From positions 1 to 64,000 of the IMG/VR virus record IMGVR_UViG_3300033153_015063: a DNA stretch of 64,000 nt. One strand, 5' to 3'. Positions 20,581-30,179 of the stretch are shown piece after piece. The position numbers and the translations under genes are program-made. Each line of letters begins with the position of its first letter. The stretch's first letter is position 1. The notes beneath the pieces are model-generated. The model saw only the letters and a program-made list of their open reading frames with translations. It had not been told where the DNA came from and searched no databases.

Positions 20581-21142
20581 TTCTATCCCTCAATTCTTTT
20601 TTTCTCTTTAAAACACACTTTTTGCATTTCTTTTCATGGTATCTGGCTCCATCTTTTCTAACCGGGCCACTATAATAAAAATCGTGGATCGGTTTTGTCT
20701 CTCTACACTCCATACACTCACGTTCATCTGGTGGGTAGTAGGAACCCTGCCGTTTGGACTGGATAGGACCATTGACATCAGCTCGACTAACACCCCGAGC
20801 AATGCAGGAGACGGTATTCGAGGCAAGACCAACCTCAGTAGCAATATCCTTGTAGGACCTTCCCTTATCTGCCTCTTTACGGATATAGATCACCTGTGCT
20901 ATCGAAGACTGTATTTCTCCCACCTGTTTCTTCCGTTCTACCCATTTCTTCCCTTCTTTTACTTTCACTCTCCTGGTGACGATGTTCAGCTCGTTGGCCC
21001 GCCTGATGAGTATCAGGATTGTAGTATCCAATCTCATGGCCATCTCACCAATAACCATCTCTCCGGTCTTGATCTTGTGCCAGTTATCTCTGATGTAATC
21101 GTCTTCGACAGGAGAGAACACTCTCTTCTGGTCTCTATCCAA
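20570..21142 (-). CDS. HTH plus Zn-finger protein
   Basis: SYKDIATEVGLASNTV; CMECRETKPIHDFY...CKKC. Confidence 0.6.
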   Translation of the reverse strand: MDRDQKRVFSPVEDDYIRDNWHKIKTGEMVIGEMAMRLDTTILILIRRANELNIVTRRVKVKEGKKWVERKKQVGEIQSSIAQVIYIRKEADKGRSYKDIATEVGLASNTVSCIARGVSRADVNGPIQSKRQGSYYPPDERECMECRETKPIHDFYYSGPVRKDGARYHEKKCKKCVLKRKKELRDRNVG

Positions 21143-21162
21143 TCTGACCCTCCTTCAACAAC

Positions 21163-21711
21163 TCACACAGCCAACATATCACTGACAGTCTGGTGGATTT
21201 TCATCTGCTTCGCCTTACTGAGCCTCTCAATTACAGGTTTGTAGTTTGGGAATGAGTACCACTTGCATGACACCATCGGAGGTTCAGGATTTTTTCTCGA
21301 TGTCCAGATAGGTCCAGGGATTAAAATGTCCTTGAGTGGCCGGTGGGCCTGCGGGGCCCCCATGTCAATAATCTCGTTTGTATCTGGTAGATAGATTACT
21401 GCATGGAGTGGGTTTTTTACACCAGGGCGAGGGGCACCTAACCCCACAGACCACATCGTACTGGTTGGCCAGCCGTTTGCCTGGATGCTTCTGTTGAGCT
21501 CGTCCCAACCGATAACTCTGACAGCCGTTCTGAACTCCTGATTGCCATATGTGACGACGGCTGTTACAACTCCGTTGTGGATACTCAACTCATCCCACAG
21601 GACCTGGCCTACAATCATAGACATCGACAGACAGGTCGTCACACCAAGCCTGGCGGTAAGATAGGGATACACATTTTCAGTTAGAATGTGTAGTATCCTG
21701 TCCTTACTCAC
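21163..21711 (-). CDS. Hypothetical protein
   Basis: Operon member. Confidence 0.55.
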   Translation of the reverse strand: MSKDRILHILTENVYPYLTARLGVTTCLSMSMIVGQVLWDELSIHNGVVTAVVTYGNQEFRTAVRVIGWDELNRSIQANGWPTSTMWSVGLGAPRPGVKNPLHAVIYLPDTNEIIDMGAPQAHRPLKDILIPGPIWTSRKNPEPPMVSCKWYSFPNYKPVIERLSKAKQMKIHQTVSDMLAV

Positions 21712-22189
21712 GTTTATCTTCCCCTCTCATTTTTAACCAATAATCGAGGAGTCTGGGCCTTGTTATCTCTTCTTTAATTTTTTCCATCAAAAAATCATTT
21801 GGGATATTGATGCCGAGATACTCAGTTGGTGGGTGGTCGTAGGACTTATTATTTTCCTCGTAGCACCACTTCAGTTTTTCCAGAGTCAGGTCTATGACCT
21901 TCCCATTCTCATCGACTATCCAGGCATGTTCAATAGGGATTATTGTGAACACAAACCCCTCGTAGTATCTCCACGTAGGATGGAAGACCAACGCTATTAT
22001 GGAGTTATGAAAACACTCCTTTATCTCGGCGTCGATAAACTCGATTTCTGGCGTCTGGCCGATGGTGGGTTCGAACTCTTCTGCGTTTTCAATGAACCAC
22101 GTGTAGTACTCCAATTGTTTACTACAATCACTTGATGTGAACAGTTGAAGTAAACCATCAACATATCTCCGAAGGGTGGTTATTTCCAT
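21704..22189 (-). CDS. Hypothetical protein (ECFHNS...EHAW, transglutaminase-like Cys-His-Asp pattern)
   Basis: C...HAW...D spacing. Confidence 0.45.
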   Translation of the reverse strand: MEITTLRRYVDGLLQLFTSSDCSKQLEYYTWFIENAEEFEPTIGQTPEIEFIDAEIKECFHNSIIALVFHPTWRYYEGFVFTIIPIEHAWIVDENGKVIDLTLEKLKWCYEENNKSYDHPPTEYLGINIPNDFLMEKIKEEITRPRLLDYWLKMRGEDKRE

Positions 22190-22676
22190 CAATTCACTCC
22201 TTATACCAGGTCTCTTTGTCAAATCTCCAGTAGAGTTCAGTCCATCTTCCATTGCTGTAGACCGATTCTTTGACCACAGGTGCATTTGGTTTTCCTGGGA
22301 GTTTAGCACGACCCCGCTGAATCGTAGCGTATTGGAGTTCCACCGGATTCTCCGGGAGAGAAACATCTTTGATGTTTCTGATAACCCGACGATAGTGAGT
22401 TTTATGGTGGGGGTCTTGACCCCCACAACCACACCGACACGGTTCTGAACGCATCCTGATATACTCCTTTTCAGCCATCAGACCGACCTCATGTAGATGT
22501 CAAACCGCTTGAGAAAATCTGGATGCACGTTCTCTCTCCCGATTCTTCCCTTCCGGCAACAGTGTTTGCAGTAGCGGTCTCCGTTCTTGTGGTCTACTCC
22601 GCCGATACGACCAAAGGCTGTGAGTTTTCCACCGCATACCACACAATACACTACCATACCTCTTACTAACAATCAG

Positions 22677-22718
22677 CCTTTATATACTTTCAGGCTTAGT
22701 AACCGTAAAAAGCGTAAA
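22677..22718 (-). promoter_or_regulatory. Operator-class promoter 5
   Basis: Near-identical to copies 3 and 6. Confidence 0.8.
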
Positions 22719-22733
22719 AAGAGTTTCTTCCCC

Positions 22734-23402
22734 TCAAAACTCAAGAACACTTGTCTGATTGGGATGACCGTGATATCTGAACTCGGCTCTCTCGTTTGCA
22801 TCCTCCACCAGGTCGTTGTAGTCATCAGGAACAATTAACAGTTCTACTCCTCTCTTTTCCATTTCGAGATACTTACTATCGTTCTGTTCACTTTCAGTGA
22901 CCAACATCTCGAAACCAGATGGTTTAAAGGCACAGAACACCGCCGGGACCTTAGTAGTTTTACCATCAGTTACTCTGGTTCCACCCTTTCTATGGACAAG
23001 GTAAATCCATGTCTTACCAGGTTCCAACCACGCCGGGATGCCCGATACGGCTTTCGAAACTCCCATTCGTTTCGCTTCGTCAATGAACCATGTGGGGGTA
23101 TAATACTTCTCTCCAACCCACATCAAACCCCCATCTTTGGGTGGCCTACAGGTAGGACAAGCCTTGACGCATCCACAAACCCCTTCACACTTACCAAACA
23201 GGCGTTGTGGCTTAATCCTCCGAAGACCTCGGGTAAATCTGATACCTTCTCCACAGACAGGGCACGGTTGGTCCACGTTGAATGGTAATCGGTGACATCC
23301 ACTATCCTGTATGAGTGTAGATCCGACGAGATACAATTTGTGGAGGGTCCTGTACCCACAACCTCTGGCGGGTTCCAACCCAACCATTTTTTTTCGTGTC
23401 AT
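22734..23402 (-). CDS. Cys-rich hypothetical protein ending QTSVLEF
   Basis: RGCGYR, CPVC, WVGEKYY; PIP-like tail. Confidence 0.6.
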   Translation of the reverse strand: MTRKKMVGLEPARGCGYRTLHKLYLVGSTLIQDSGCHRLPFNVDQPCPVCGEGIRFTRGLRRIKPQRLFGKCEGVCGCVKACPTCRPPKDGGLMWVGEKYYTPTWFIDEAKRMGVSKAVSGIPAWLEPGKTWIYLVHRKGGTRVTDGKTTKVPAVFCAFKPSGFEMLVTESEQNDSKYLEMEKRGVELLIVPDDYNDLVEDANERAEFRYHGHPNQTSVLEF

Positions 23403-23403
23403 G

Positions 23404-23931
23404 TTAATTCCTGTAGAAGATATTGAGAAGAATATCTGACTCTTTTTGAACCCTACGGCAATAGTTACATCTAACGAGTAGTGGGTTTGTTGATATAAGC
23501 GTCGAGGATGGTATGAGTGGTTCGTTGTCGACCCTACTGATGCAACCAGAGTTGTTGCATCTAACCACACCTTTTAGCACCCTTGGTGGTGTAACAACAT
23601 ACTTCGAAATTACTTCATATTCCTGGATAAGATTGATAGTTACGTTCGGGGAAATAATACCAATTTTGGAAATATCCTTCTGATTAATATATGTATCTTC
23701 GATTTTGATGATATCTTTTTTTCTCATCCTACAGATAAGGCCGTCGCCATCTTTTTTTACGACCTTCGTGTCAATGTTCATCACAACCGAGATTGTTTCA
23801 GATGGTATCAAGTTACTACCAAGTAGACCCATGACCCGGAGAACCAGGAAGGCCCTACCTCCTGTGATGTGGTCTATGACCATCCCATTGGCAATCTTCG
23901 AGACTTTTAGCGTCTCACGTTCCTGCTTCAA
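23404..23931 (-). CDS. pyrI: Aspartate carbamoyltransferase regulatory chain
   Basis: KIANGMVIDHI, KKDIIKIE, CNNSGCIS, RCNYC. Confidence 0.9.
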   Translation of the reverse strand: MKQERETLKVSKIANGMVIDHITGGRAFLVLRVMGLLGSNLIPSETISVVMNIDTKVVKKDGDGLICRMRKKDIIKIEDTYINQKDISKIGIISPNVTINLIQEYEVISKYVVTPPRVLKGVVRCNNSGCISRVDNEPLIPSSTLISTNPLLVRCNYCRRVQKESDILLNIFYRN

Positions 23932-23997
23932 TGCCTAATCAATATCTGGATGTCTTTTTAAACTCATCGAGTGGAGAGTGGAAGGTGGAAGGTACTG

Positions 23998-24474
23998 TTA
24001 TGCACGCCTATCCCTTCCACTACCAACCTTCATCCTCTTCAAGAACTCCTCCTCCGTCAACTGAGGGCTATCCCCGACCGGGCCCTTGTAGATGGTTTTA
24101 CCGCCTTCGTAGATGTACCTGTATCTGTTGCCTGAACCTGGGGGAATCTCGACTATGGCACCTTTCACCTTCTCCCTCACTGGACGCTTCGTAAACTTTT
24201 CTCTCTTATGTTTTACCCACTTCTCAAGTTCGGCTTTACACTCCTCGCCATCCCAATCCATCGGTAAGATAAGGTTGCCCATCATATACTCATCATACCA
24301 TCTCTTATTCCACTCGCCCTGCTTACCATGTATCTCTGTCCCAAGATGCCTTCCAAACTCGTTGGGGTTGGCACTTCCATCGTGTGCTATAGCATGGAGT
24401 AGATAGTCCTCGTACTGATTGGGTGTCATAGCCCAGACGCCACCCTCTAACGATACATAGGTGTATCTTGGCAT
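23998..24474 (-). CDS. VEIPPGSG-module protein, copy 5 (module at C-terminus)
   Basis: Ends ...AIVEIPPGSGNRYRYIYEGGKTIYKGPVGDSPQLTEEEFLKRM... Confidence 0.8.
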   Translation of the reverse strand: MPRYTYVSLEGGVWAMTPNQYEDYLLHAIAHDGSANPNEFGRHLGTEIHGKQGEWNKRWYDEYMMGNLILPMDWDGEECKAELEKWVKHKREKFTKRPVREKVKGAIVEIPPGSGNRYRYIYEGGKTIYKGPVGDSPQLTEEEFLKRMKVGSGRDRRA

Positions 24475-24523
24475 ACATGAGGAAAGGCATAAGGTATTTA
24501 TATCCTTATCGCCATGCATCGTC

Positions 24524-24748
24524 ATGCCCCTGATACCTGAAGAGGTCCGTGAAAAAACAGGCCTGATGGTCGTCACCGCCCTGGGACTTTTCCTAGCACT
24601 CCAGTATTCTGTTGTTGTATCAGACATTTTCGAGGCTTATCTCCCAATGGGCGACAGTCTTATTATCCAGTTGGTTTATCTATTATTAATCACGATAATC
24701 GTGGTATACGCAGTCATCTTTGTTGAGAGACGTTTTGGTTCATCTTGA
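24524..24748 (+). CDS. Small membrane protein
   Basis: Two TM segments; divergent from copy 5 across one TATA region. Confidence 0.55.
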   Translation: MPLIPEEVREKTGLMVVTALGLFLALQYSVVVSDIFEAYLPMGDSLIIQLVYLLLITIIVVYAVIFVERRFGSS

Positions 24749-24770
24749 TAGTAGTGCTTTTTCTCTGTTC

Positions 24771-25018
24771 GTTGCATTTTTCTATCAATTATAATCATCA
24801 GTGAAACTGACGAGAACCCCCTTATCAACTTCGGTTATAATGTTGCATTTTTCTATCAATTATAATCATCAGTGAAACGTTACGGACCTTTGTGCTAAAG
24901 AGGTTAAGGTCATTGTTGCATTTTTCTATCAATCATAATCCTCAGTGAAGCCCTCAGTATGTAGGGTGAGCTCAAGAAGGCTGGAGTGGTTGTATTTTTC
25001 TATCAATCGTAATCATCA
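24771..25018 (-). CRISPR. Satellite CRISPR array B: 4 repeats (one degenerate), 3 spacers
   Basis: 37-bp repeat at 24771, 24842, 24915, degenerate at 24989; spacers 34, 36, 37 bp. Confidence 0.9.
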
Positions 25019-25927
25019 AAAGTCCAGAACGCTGGTGTTTTTATCTGTTTCTTTGCTTATTAGATTTTTCCAGTCTTCAGGATTTTTCAGGAACGACCTA
25101 AAATCCAGACCTTCGAGTAGACCAAAGAACTGGTCGAAGTCGGGCTCGCCCTGGTCTGGGATGGTAATACCCTGCTGTTCGGGGTACTCAGGAACCAGTG
25201 GAAGAGTAATGAGCTCGATGTTCCGTTTGATGAGCTCGATGTTATCAGGTTCATTGACCCGGGCCATCACCCCTTTCAATCCATCAAACGGTAGTGCTTT
25301 GACGCTGATAACCTTCTTAGCTATCTTAATGGCCCTCTTCTTCCCAATACCATTGACACCATCAATGTTATCAGATGGGTCCCCCATCATCGCCTTCATA
25401 AAAAGGAACTGTTCTTTTATATCTCTATACTCATCCGGGTAGTCTTTGAAGTCGTCGATGGTGAAGGGTTCTTTCCCCCTTGGGTTCCAGATGGTAATAA
25501 CATCGTCCACGAGCTGACGGAAATCCCTATCTGATGATACAATGACAATATTATCCTCAATCTTATCACAATACATATCTGTCATAATTGCTATGACATC
25601 GTCAGCTTCAACATCAGGATACCGGAGGTGAGGAATACCCAGGGCGTCGAGAATCCTGGTGAATATCTCAATCTGAGCATAAAAGGTTTTTTCCATGTCA
25701 ACGGATCGGTTGGCCCTGCTACTGGTTTTTTTGTAAGTAGGGTGTATCTCCAACCTACGCTTACTGATACCACCATCAAACACATAAACAACATCATGTC
25801 CAGGGAATTTAGTGATGGTGTTACGGAACATAGCCAGCATCGAGAAGACGGTCCCGTTGGTGAGTTTTTGGCCCATCGTACTGTGGGCCATCCAGGCCTG
25901 GTTATTACCATCAAAGATGATTACCAT
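25016..25927 (-). CDS. 5'-3' exonuclease / flap endonuclease (Pol I N-domain type)
   Basis: FDGNN, VFDGG, YK, EADDVIA, SSDRDF, GDPSDNIDGVNGIGKKRA. Confidence 0.9.
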   Translation of the reverse strand: MVIIFDGNNQAWMAHSTMGQKLTNGTVFSMLAMFRNTITKFPGHDVVYVFDGGISKRRLEIHPTYKKTSSRANRSVDMEKTFYAQIEIFTRILDALGIPHLRYPDVEADDVIAIMTDMYCDKIEDNIVIVSSDRDFRQLVDDVITIWNPRGKEPFTIDDFKDYPDEYRDIKEQFLFMKAMMGDPSDNIDGVNGIGKKRAIKIAKKVISVKALPFDGLKGVMARVNEPDNIELIKRNIELITLPLVPEYPEQQGITIPDQGEPDFDQFFGLLEGLDFRSFLKNPEDWKNLISKETDKNTSVLDF

Positions 25928-25963
25928 ACCGGTCGATTACCGACCAAGTTTATAAAGAACAGC

Positions 25964-26464
25964 CTATCGTTTTTTATCTATTCGTCGGCGTGTCAAGCTT
26001 CTCGGTTTCAGGTCGGGTTCAAGTTCCCTGATAAGCACGTTCATCCTTTTCCCCTTCTCGGTGAGACCGCCCTGCCACACCCAATACCGCTCACCGCCAT
26101 GCGGGAACCTTCCTTCATCGGATTCCCAATCTACGAGTCCGTGCCGATACAGAACTGCCAACGTCCTGACGTTGAACAACTGCTGGTCGGTGGTCCCTAT
26201 TGTATGGATTGGTGCATTCGGATGAAGAGTCGAGAGCATGAGGACCCCTTCTTTCTGTGCATTCGAGAGTTTTCTGTATGTCTGGCGTAATTGTACGTCA
26301 AGCACGTCGATCCCCTTTATATCGTCACCAATCATCCCCTTCAAGAACTCCTCCTCCGAAAGCTCAGGTGCTTCTCCCACAGGCCCCTTGTAGACCGTAG
26401 ATCCACCTTCGTACTCGTACCTGTATTTATTCCCTGAACCCTCAGGTATCTCTACAGTGGTCAT
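25964..26464 (-). CDS. VEIPPGSG-module protein, copy 6
   Basis: MTTVEIPEGSGNKYRYEYEGG; CGAACTCTTTAAATAC promoter. Confidence 0.85.
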   Translation of the reverse strand: MTTVEIPEGSGNKYRYEYEGGSTVYKGPVGEAPELSEEEFLKGMIGDDIKGIDVLDVQLRQTYRKLSNAQKEGVLMLSTLHPNAPIHTIGTTDQQLFNVRTLAVLYRHGLVDWESDEGRFPHGGERYWVWQGGLTEKGKRMNVLIRELEPDLKPRSLTRRRIDKKR

Positions 26465-26622
26465 TGGAGAGTGATAGGGCCGGAGAGTATTTAAAGAGTT
26501 CGGGAGGTTTATTACCACCGTCATCATCTATTGACCGCCACCGAAGTCAATCATACCAGTCAATGAAGGCACTATACACTTCCTCTCCATCTTCCTTTTT
26601 CATCAAAGTTAGACCACTTTGT

Positions 26623-27498
26623 TCAGAAATCCTCGGCTACATCGAATCTTTTCTTCTCCCGCATCTCCAGTGAATCTGCACGTTCTGTAAAGACAACATT
26701 CCCACCGACCTTCTCTCTGATAATAGTCCGTAGGTTCTTATCCACATCATAGCCTATCCCCTGCCGATCCAGGTCCCTGGCGACCGCCAACGTCGTCCCG
26801 GACCCGCAGAAAGGGTCCAGAACTACCTCGTTTTTGTGTGAAAACAGCGTTATCAGGCGAAAGGGTATCTCCGGGGGAAAGGCTGCGATATCCTCTTCTA
26901 AACGCCCCGGAATGGGCAAAACATTGGTGATGTCCCAGACGTTCAGATACCACTTCTCGGACTGGAACCGTTCCAGGTCAATCCCGGAGAGATTCTTCAG
27001 GTCCTTCGAGACCGCCTTGTGATTGTGCTTCCCCTTTTGCCAGATGAGAATAGATTCCTGGATGTTGTCGGGATAGTAGTACATGGGATATGGATGCTGC
27101 ACTACGACGCCAGAACGTCTACTGGTTCTGATGTACCCTTCGGGCTTTCTCCAGACGATACGGTCTCTGTAGATCCACTTCAGATCCGCCTGGTCATGCA
27201 GCTCCAGAGAAGAATTAATTATCGACCTGGTGTTCATCCACAAGTCAGATACGATGGGATACTTGACCCCATCTACTATGATATCGTCTATGACGATGCA
27301 GGCGATACGTCCCCTCTTCAGAACCCTGTGCATCTCCTTTAGGACCCGTGTCATAAACGAGAGATAGGTGCCATAGTTTTCGAAGAGACCTGGGTAGTCG
27401 AACGGAGCGTTGTAGTAAGGCGGAGAGGTCACAATGAGGTCCACACTCTCATCCTTGATTTCTTCCATGTTTTCACATGACCCAAAAATAACCTTCAT
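26623..27498 (-). CDS. N4/N6 DNA methyltransferase (beta class)
   Basis: TSPPY, AAFP, DPFCGSGTT. Confidence 0.9.
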   Translation of the reverse strand: MKVIFGSCENMEEIKDESVDLIVTSPPYYNAPFDYPGLFENYGTYLSFMTRVLKEMHRVLKRGRIACIVIDDIIVDGVKYPIVSDLWMNTRSIINSSLELHDQADLKWIYRDRIVWRKPEGYIRTSRRSGVVVQHPYPMYYYPDNIQESILIWQKGKHNHKAVSKDLKNLSGIDLERFQSEKWYLNVWDITNVLPIPGRLEEDIAAFPPEIPFRLITLFSHKNEVVLDPFCGSGTTLAVARDLDRQGIGYDVDKNLRTIIREKVGGNVVFTERADSLEMREKKRFDVAEDF

Positions 27499-27501
27499 TG
27501 C

Positions 27502-27936
27502 TCAGTGTCCCCACTCTTCAATCTTCTTTTTCATATCAGGAAGGATATAAACATCTTTGAGTTTTATCTCTTTCAACTCTTTCCGGCAATTTGGACATCT
27601 ATCAATAACCATTCTCAAAGCCCCGATTTTCTCCTCCAAAATCTTTACATCTTTCCGTGTATAGAGTAGATCCATAGCGAGTACTTCCTTTGGATGTATC
27701 TCGACAAATGTTCCTTCTTTTTTGATATCCTGCTTTATTTTTCTGTTGTTTATGAAGAGTATGATACAGGCAATACCACACATCACGCCTGGCATCATAC
27801 CAAAGAGATGAATCTCATATAGGAGATAGATAACAATCAAACTGAACCATATCGACACTGATAGGAGTATTCCCACGAGTATCCCCACGAGCCAATTGAA
27901 TGCTTGGCCCTTTTCCTCTTCAGGACACATAGACAA
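27502..27936 (-). CDS. Membrane-anchored hypothetical protein
   Basis: Two TM helices, upstream promoter box. Confidence 0.55.
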   Translation of the reverse strand: MSMCPEEEKGQAFNWLVGILVGILLSVSIWFSLIVIYLLYEIHLFGMMPGVMCGIACIILFINNRKIKQDIKKEGTFVEIHPKEVLAMDLLYTRKDVKILEEKIGALRMVIDRCPNCRKELKEIKLKDVYILPDMKKKIEEWGH

Positions 27937-28003
27937 TGATGAGCCCGGTGAGTTTAAAAAGATTGAGTAGAAGAAAGGGTTGATATCGGATGGAAACGAT
28001 ACT

Positions 28004-28443
28004 GTTACATTTTTCTATCAGTCATCAATGGAACCGTTCTCCACAAGTCCCTATTGTTACATTTTTCTATCAATCATAATCCTCAGCGAAACGGACGTCT
28101 AACAATGAGTCGTAGAGAGTACAATGATCGTTGCATTTTTCTATCAATTATAATCCTCAGTGAAACATGGCATGGCTGTCGCTGAAGGGAGAGATGCTTA
28201 TTATAATCCTCAGTGAAACCAGTACAAAGTGAAGAAGAAGAGAGGCTTTTGCTGCTTCGTTGCATTTTTCTATCAATCATAATCCTCAGTGAAACAAAAT
28301 GCGTTGAGAGAGTTGGGGATACCATTTCGTATGTTGCATTTTTCTATCAATTATAATCCTCAGTGAAACTACTCCATGTTGACGGTCCACATCCAGGTAT
28401 TTGTGTGTTGCATTTTTCTATCAATCATAATCCTCAGTGAAAC
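28004..28443 (-). CRISPR. Main CRISPR array A: 7 repeats (one partial, distal ones degenerate), 6 spacers
   Basis: Repeat GTTTCACTGAGGATTATAATTGATAGAAAAATGCAAC (minus) at 28407, 28333, 28259, 28200 (partial), 28130, 28056, 28004; 3' ATGCAAC end as in Cas12f/Cas14 repeats. Confidence 0.95.
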
Positions 28444-28444
28444 C

Positions 28445-30166
28445 CTACTTTTTCACTCTATGTAGGGTCCCTTTCGCCTTTTTTAGGAGCTCAGTTGTCT
28501 GCTTCAACCTCTCCGTTCTGTTCTTAACTCTGTCGCTCATAATAAGGTCACGGTTTTCAACCAACACCCCGGCGAAATGAGCTGCGTTGGTAGCTGCGTT
28601 CCGGTCAGCGTTGAGTTGGCGGCCGCAGTCACCACATCTGAACCATGAGTGCCAGTGTTCCCAGAAGACGCCAGATTTCCCTACATCTCCATGTTTACCC
28701 CACCCACCACACACTGAACACCGTTTGCAAGCCAGCGTCAAAGGAATCTTCTGGATAACGATGTTGGGAATCTCTCTCAGCTTATATGTGAGTTGCCAAT
28801 CTACGATATGGAAAGGCCACCTATTGGCCATCCTCCTGATAAAGTCCGGTAGGAGTTCCTCCTCGCAACCTACCATGTTTTCCAATCTACCAGCTTTGTC
28901 CCTACTTCCGGTGAAATCGTGGATGCAGACCAGGATGTTCCCGCCGAGTTCTTTGAGTTTGTTGGCAATCATCCTGGTTGCGTTGTGTAGCTCGTGCCTT
29001 AGAACCAACGACGCTTTTGTGAGATAAATAGATGCCTTCTTATACTTGATAGAAAGGTTCTTTTTTGTTATCGGGCGTTGATCTTTTCCACGACGGGTTG
29101 CCTTGGATTGTCTTTCCGCATACTTATCGTCACTTGACTTCCAGTCACGAAGCATTTTCTTTCCTTTATGTATGTAATGAAACAACTCTCGGCCAGTTCT
29201 GGCATCCAACACAACCAACGACATTGGACGATAGATACCACCATGAACACCAACAATATAGTCTATTTCATCTTTTTTGTAATCATAAACGTCCACATCA
29301 ACGGATAGTGTGATGTGAAGCCACCACTTACCATCCTTTGGTATCAAAGTCCCTGAACCATGTTTCAGGATCGCTTCAAGTGTAAGCTCGCACCATCCCT
29401 CCTGATAGTGTTTCTTACCGAACTCTTTCAACACCCCGGATCGGTCCCTGATTTGTGATGACTCTACCTGGGCTGAAAAAATACCATTACGATTTATTAC
29501 TCCAACACTAAAGACAATCCCAAAATTATTACCGTTTTTCTTAATTTTGATGGACCTGTTATGCAGTTCAATAACATTATACTTTTCATAGCTTGGTCTG
29601 TTCTTGTTATTGACGGGTTTCCTTGGCCCTTTTTTGGTTGATGTTCTGTTCATAATCTCATCAACCAACTTTGTTTTAATATCTGGGATCTGTTTTCTGG
29701 CTATTTTAAGTAGGATTTTTCTATACTCTCCTATTTCCTTTTTGTATTTCTTATTTCCCTTTTTTCTGGGGTAAGCCGGTGGATTGGCTACTTGACTGGT
29801 CAACCATGGCCACCATAACTTATATTTGTTGAGTAGAACATAGCTATCGGTACGCCAGAGACGGCTTATCCAATTGGACAATGAGGAACGAAAGTTGGCC
29901 AGAACAACCGATACCTGTTCCTGAACAGTAGTTGATGAAAGTAGTGTGGTATTGATTTTCTGATCTTTATTAATTCCTTGAGAAAGACGTAGAATATGTG
30001 GCGGGAGTTTAGGAGACTTAGGAATCTTACTGCCTTTGTAGTAAGATGGTATCATAATTGATGCATAGTCAGCTACATCTCTGGCCTGCCCAAGGGCCAC
30101 AAACAGACGTTCAGAGTCCTCTTTCTTGAACGTCAATGGGACCTGGATTGTTCTGATTGATTTCAT
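28445..30166 (-). CDS. cas12: Type V Cas12f-like effector with non-canonical, probably inactive RuvC
   Basis: IRTIQVPL N-terminus, RuvC-I VGVHGG, RuvC-II CIHDF, Zn finger CSVC...CGDC, RuvC-III NADRNAA; array starts 2 nt after stop. Confidence 0.85.
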   Translation of the reverse strand: MKSIRTIQVPLTFKKEDSERLFVALGQARDVADYASIMIPSYYKGSKIPKSPKLPPHILRLSQGINKDQKINTTLLSSTTVQEQVSVVLANFRSSLSNWISRLWRTDSYVLLNKYKLWWPWLTSQVANPPAYPRKKGNKKYKKEIGEYRKILLKIARKQIPDIKTKLVDEIMNRTSTKKGPRKPVNNKNRPSYEKYNVIELHNRSIKIKKNGNNFGIVFSVGVINRNGIFSAQVESSQIRDRSGVLKEFGKKHYQEGWCELTLEAILKHGSGTLIPKDGKWWLHITLSVDVDVYDYKKDEIDYIVGVHGGIYRPMSLVVLDARTGRELFHYIHKGKKMLRDWKSSDDKYAERQSKATRRGKDQRPITKKNLSIKYKKASIYLTKASLVLRHELHNATRMIANKLKELGGNILVCIHDFTGSRDKAGRLENMVGCEEELLPDFIRRMANRWPFHIVDWQLTYKLREIPNIVIQKIPLTLACKRCSVCGGWGKHGDVGKSGVFWEHWHSWFRCGDCGRQLNADRNAATNAAHFAGVLVENRDLIMSDRVKNRTERLKQTTELLKKAKGTLHRVKK

Positions 30167-30179
30167 GTGACAGTAAGTG

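Noticed and set aside
28296-28406. Self-targeting spacers (GTTGAGAGAGTTG near 30461; GACGGTCCAC near 32105)
   Set aside because: Only 10-13 nt matches, outside the expected seed; compatible with chance.
28445-30166. IS200/IS605 TnpB transposon or CAST
   Set aside because: No tnpA, transposon ends or tnsBC/tniQ nearby; a multi-spacer array and tracrRNA indicate a CRISPR effector.
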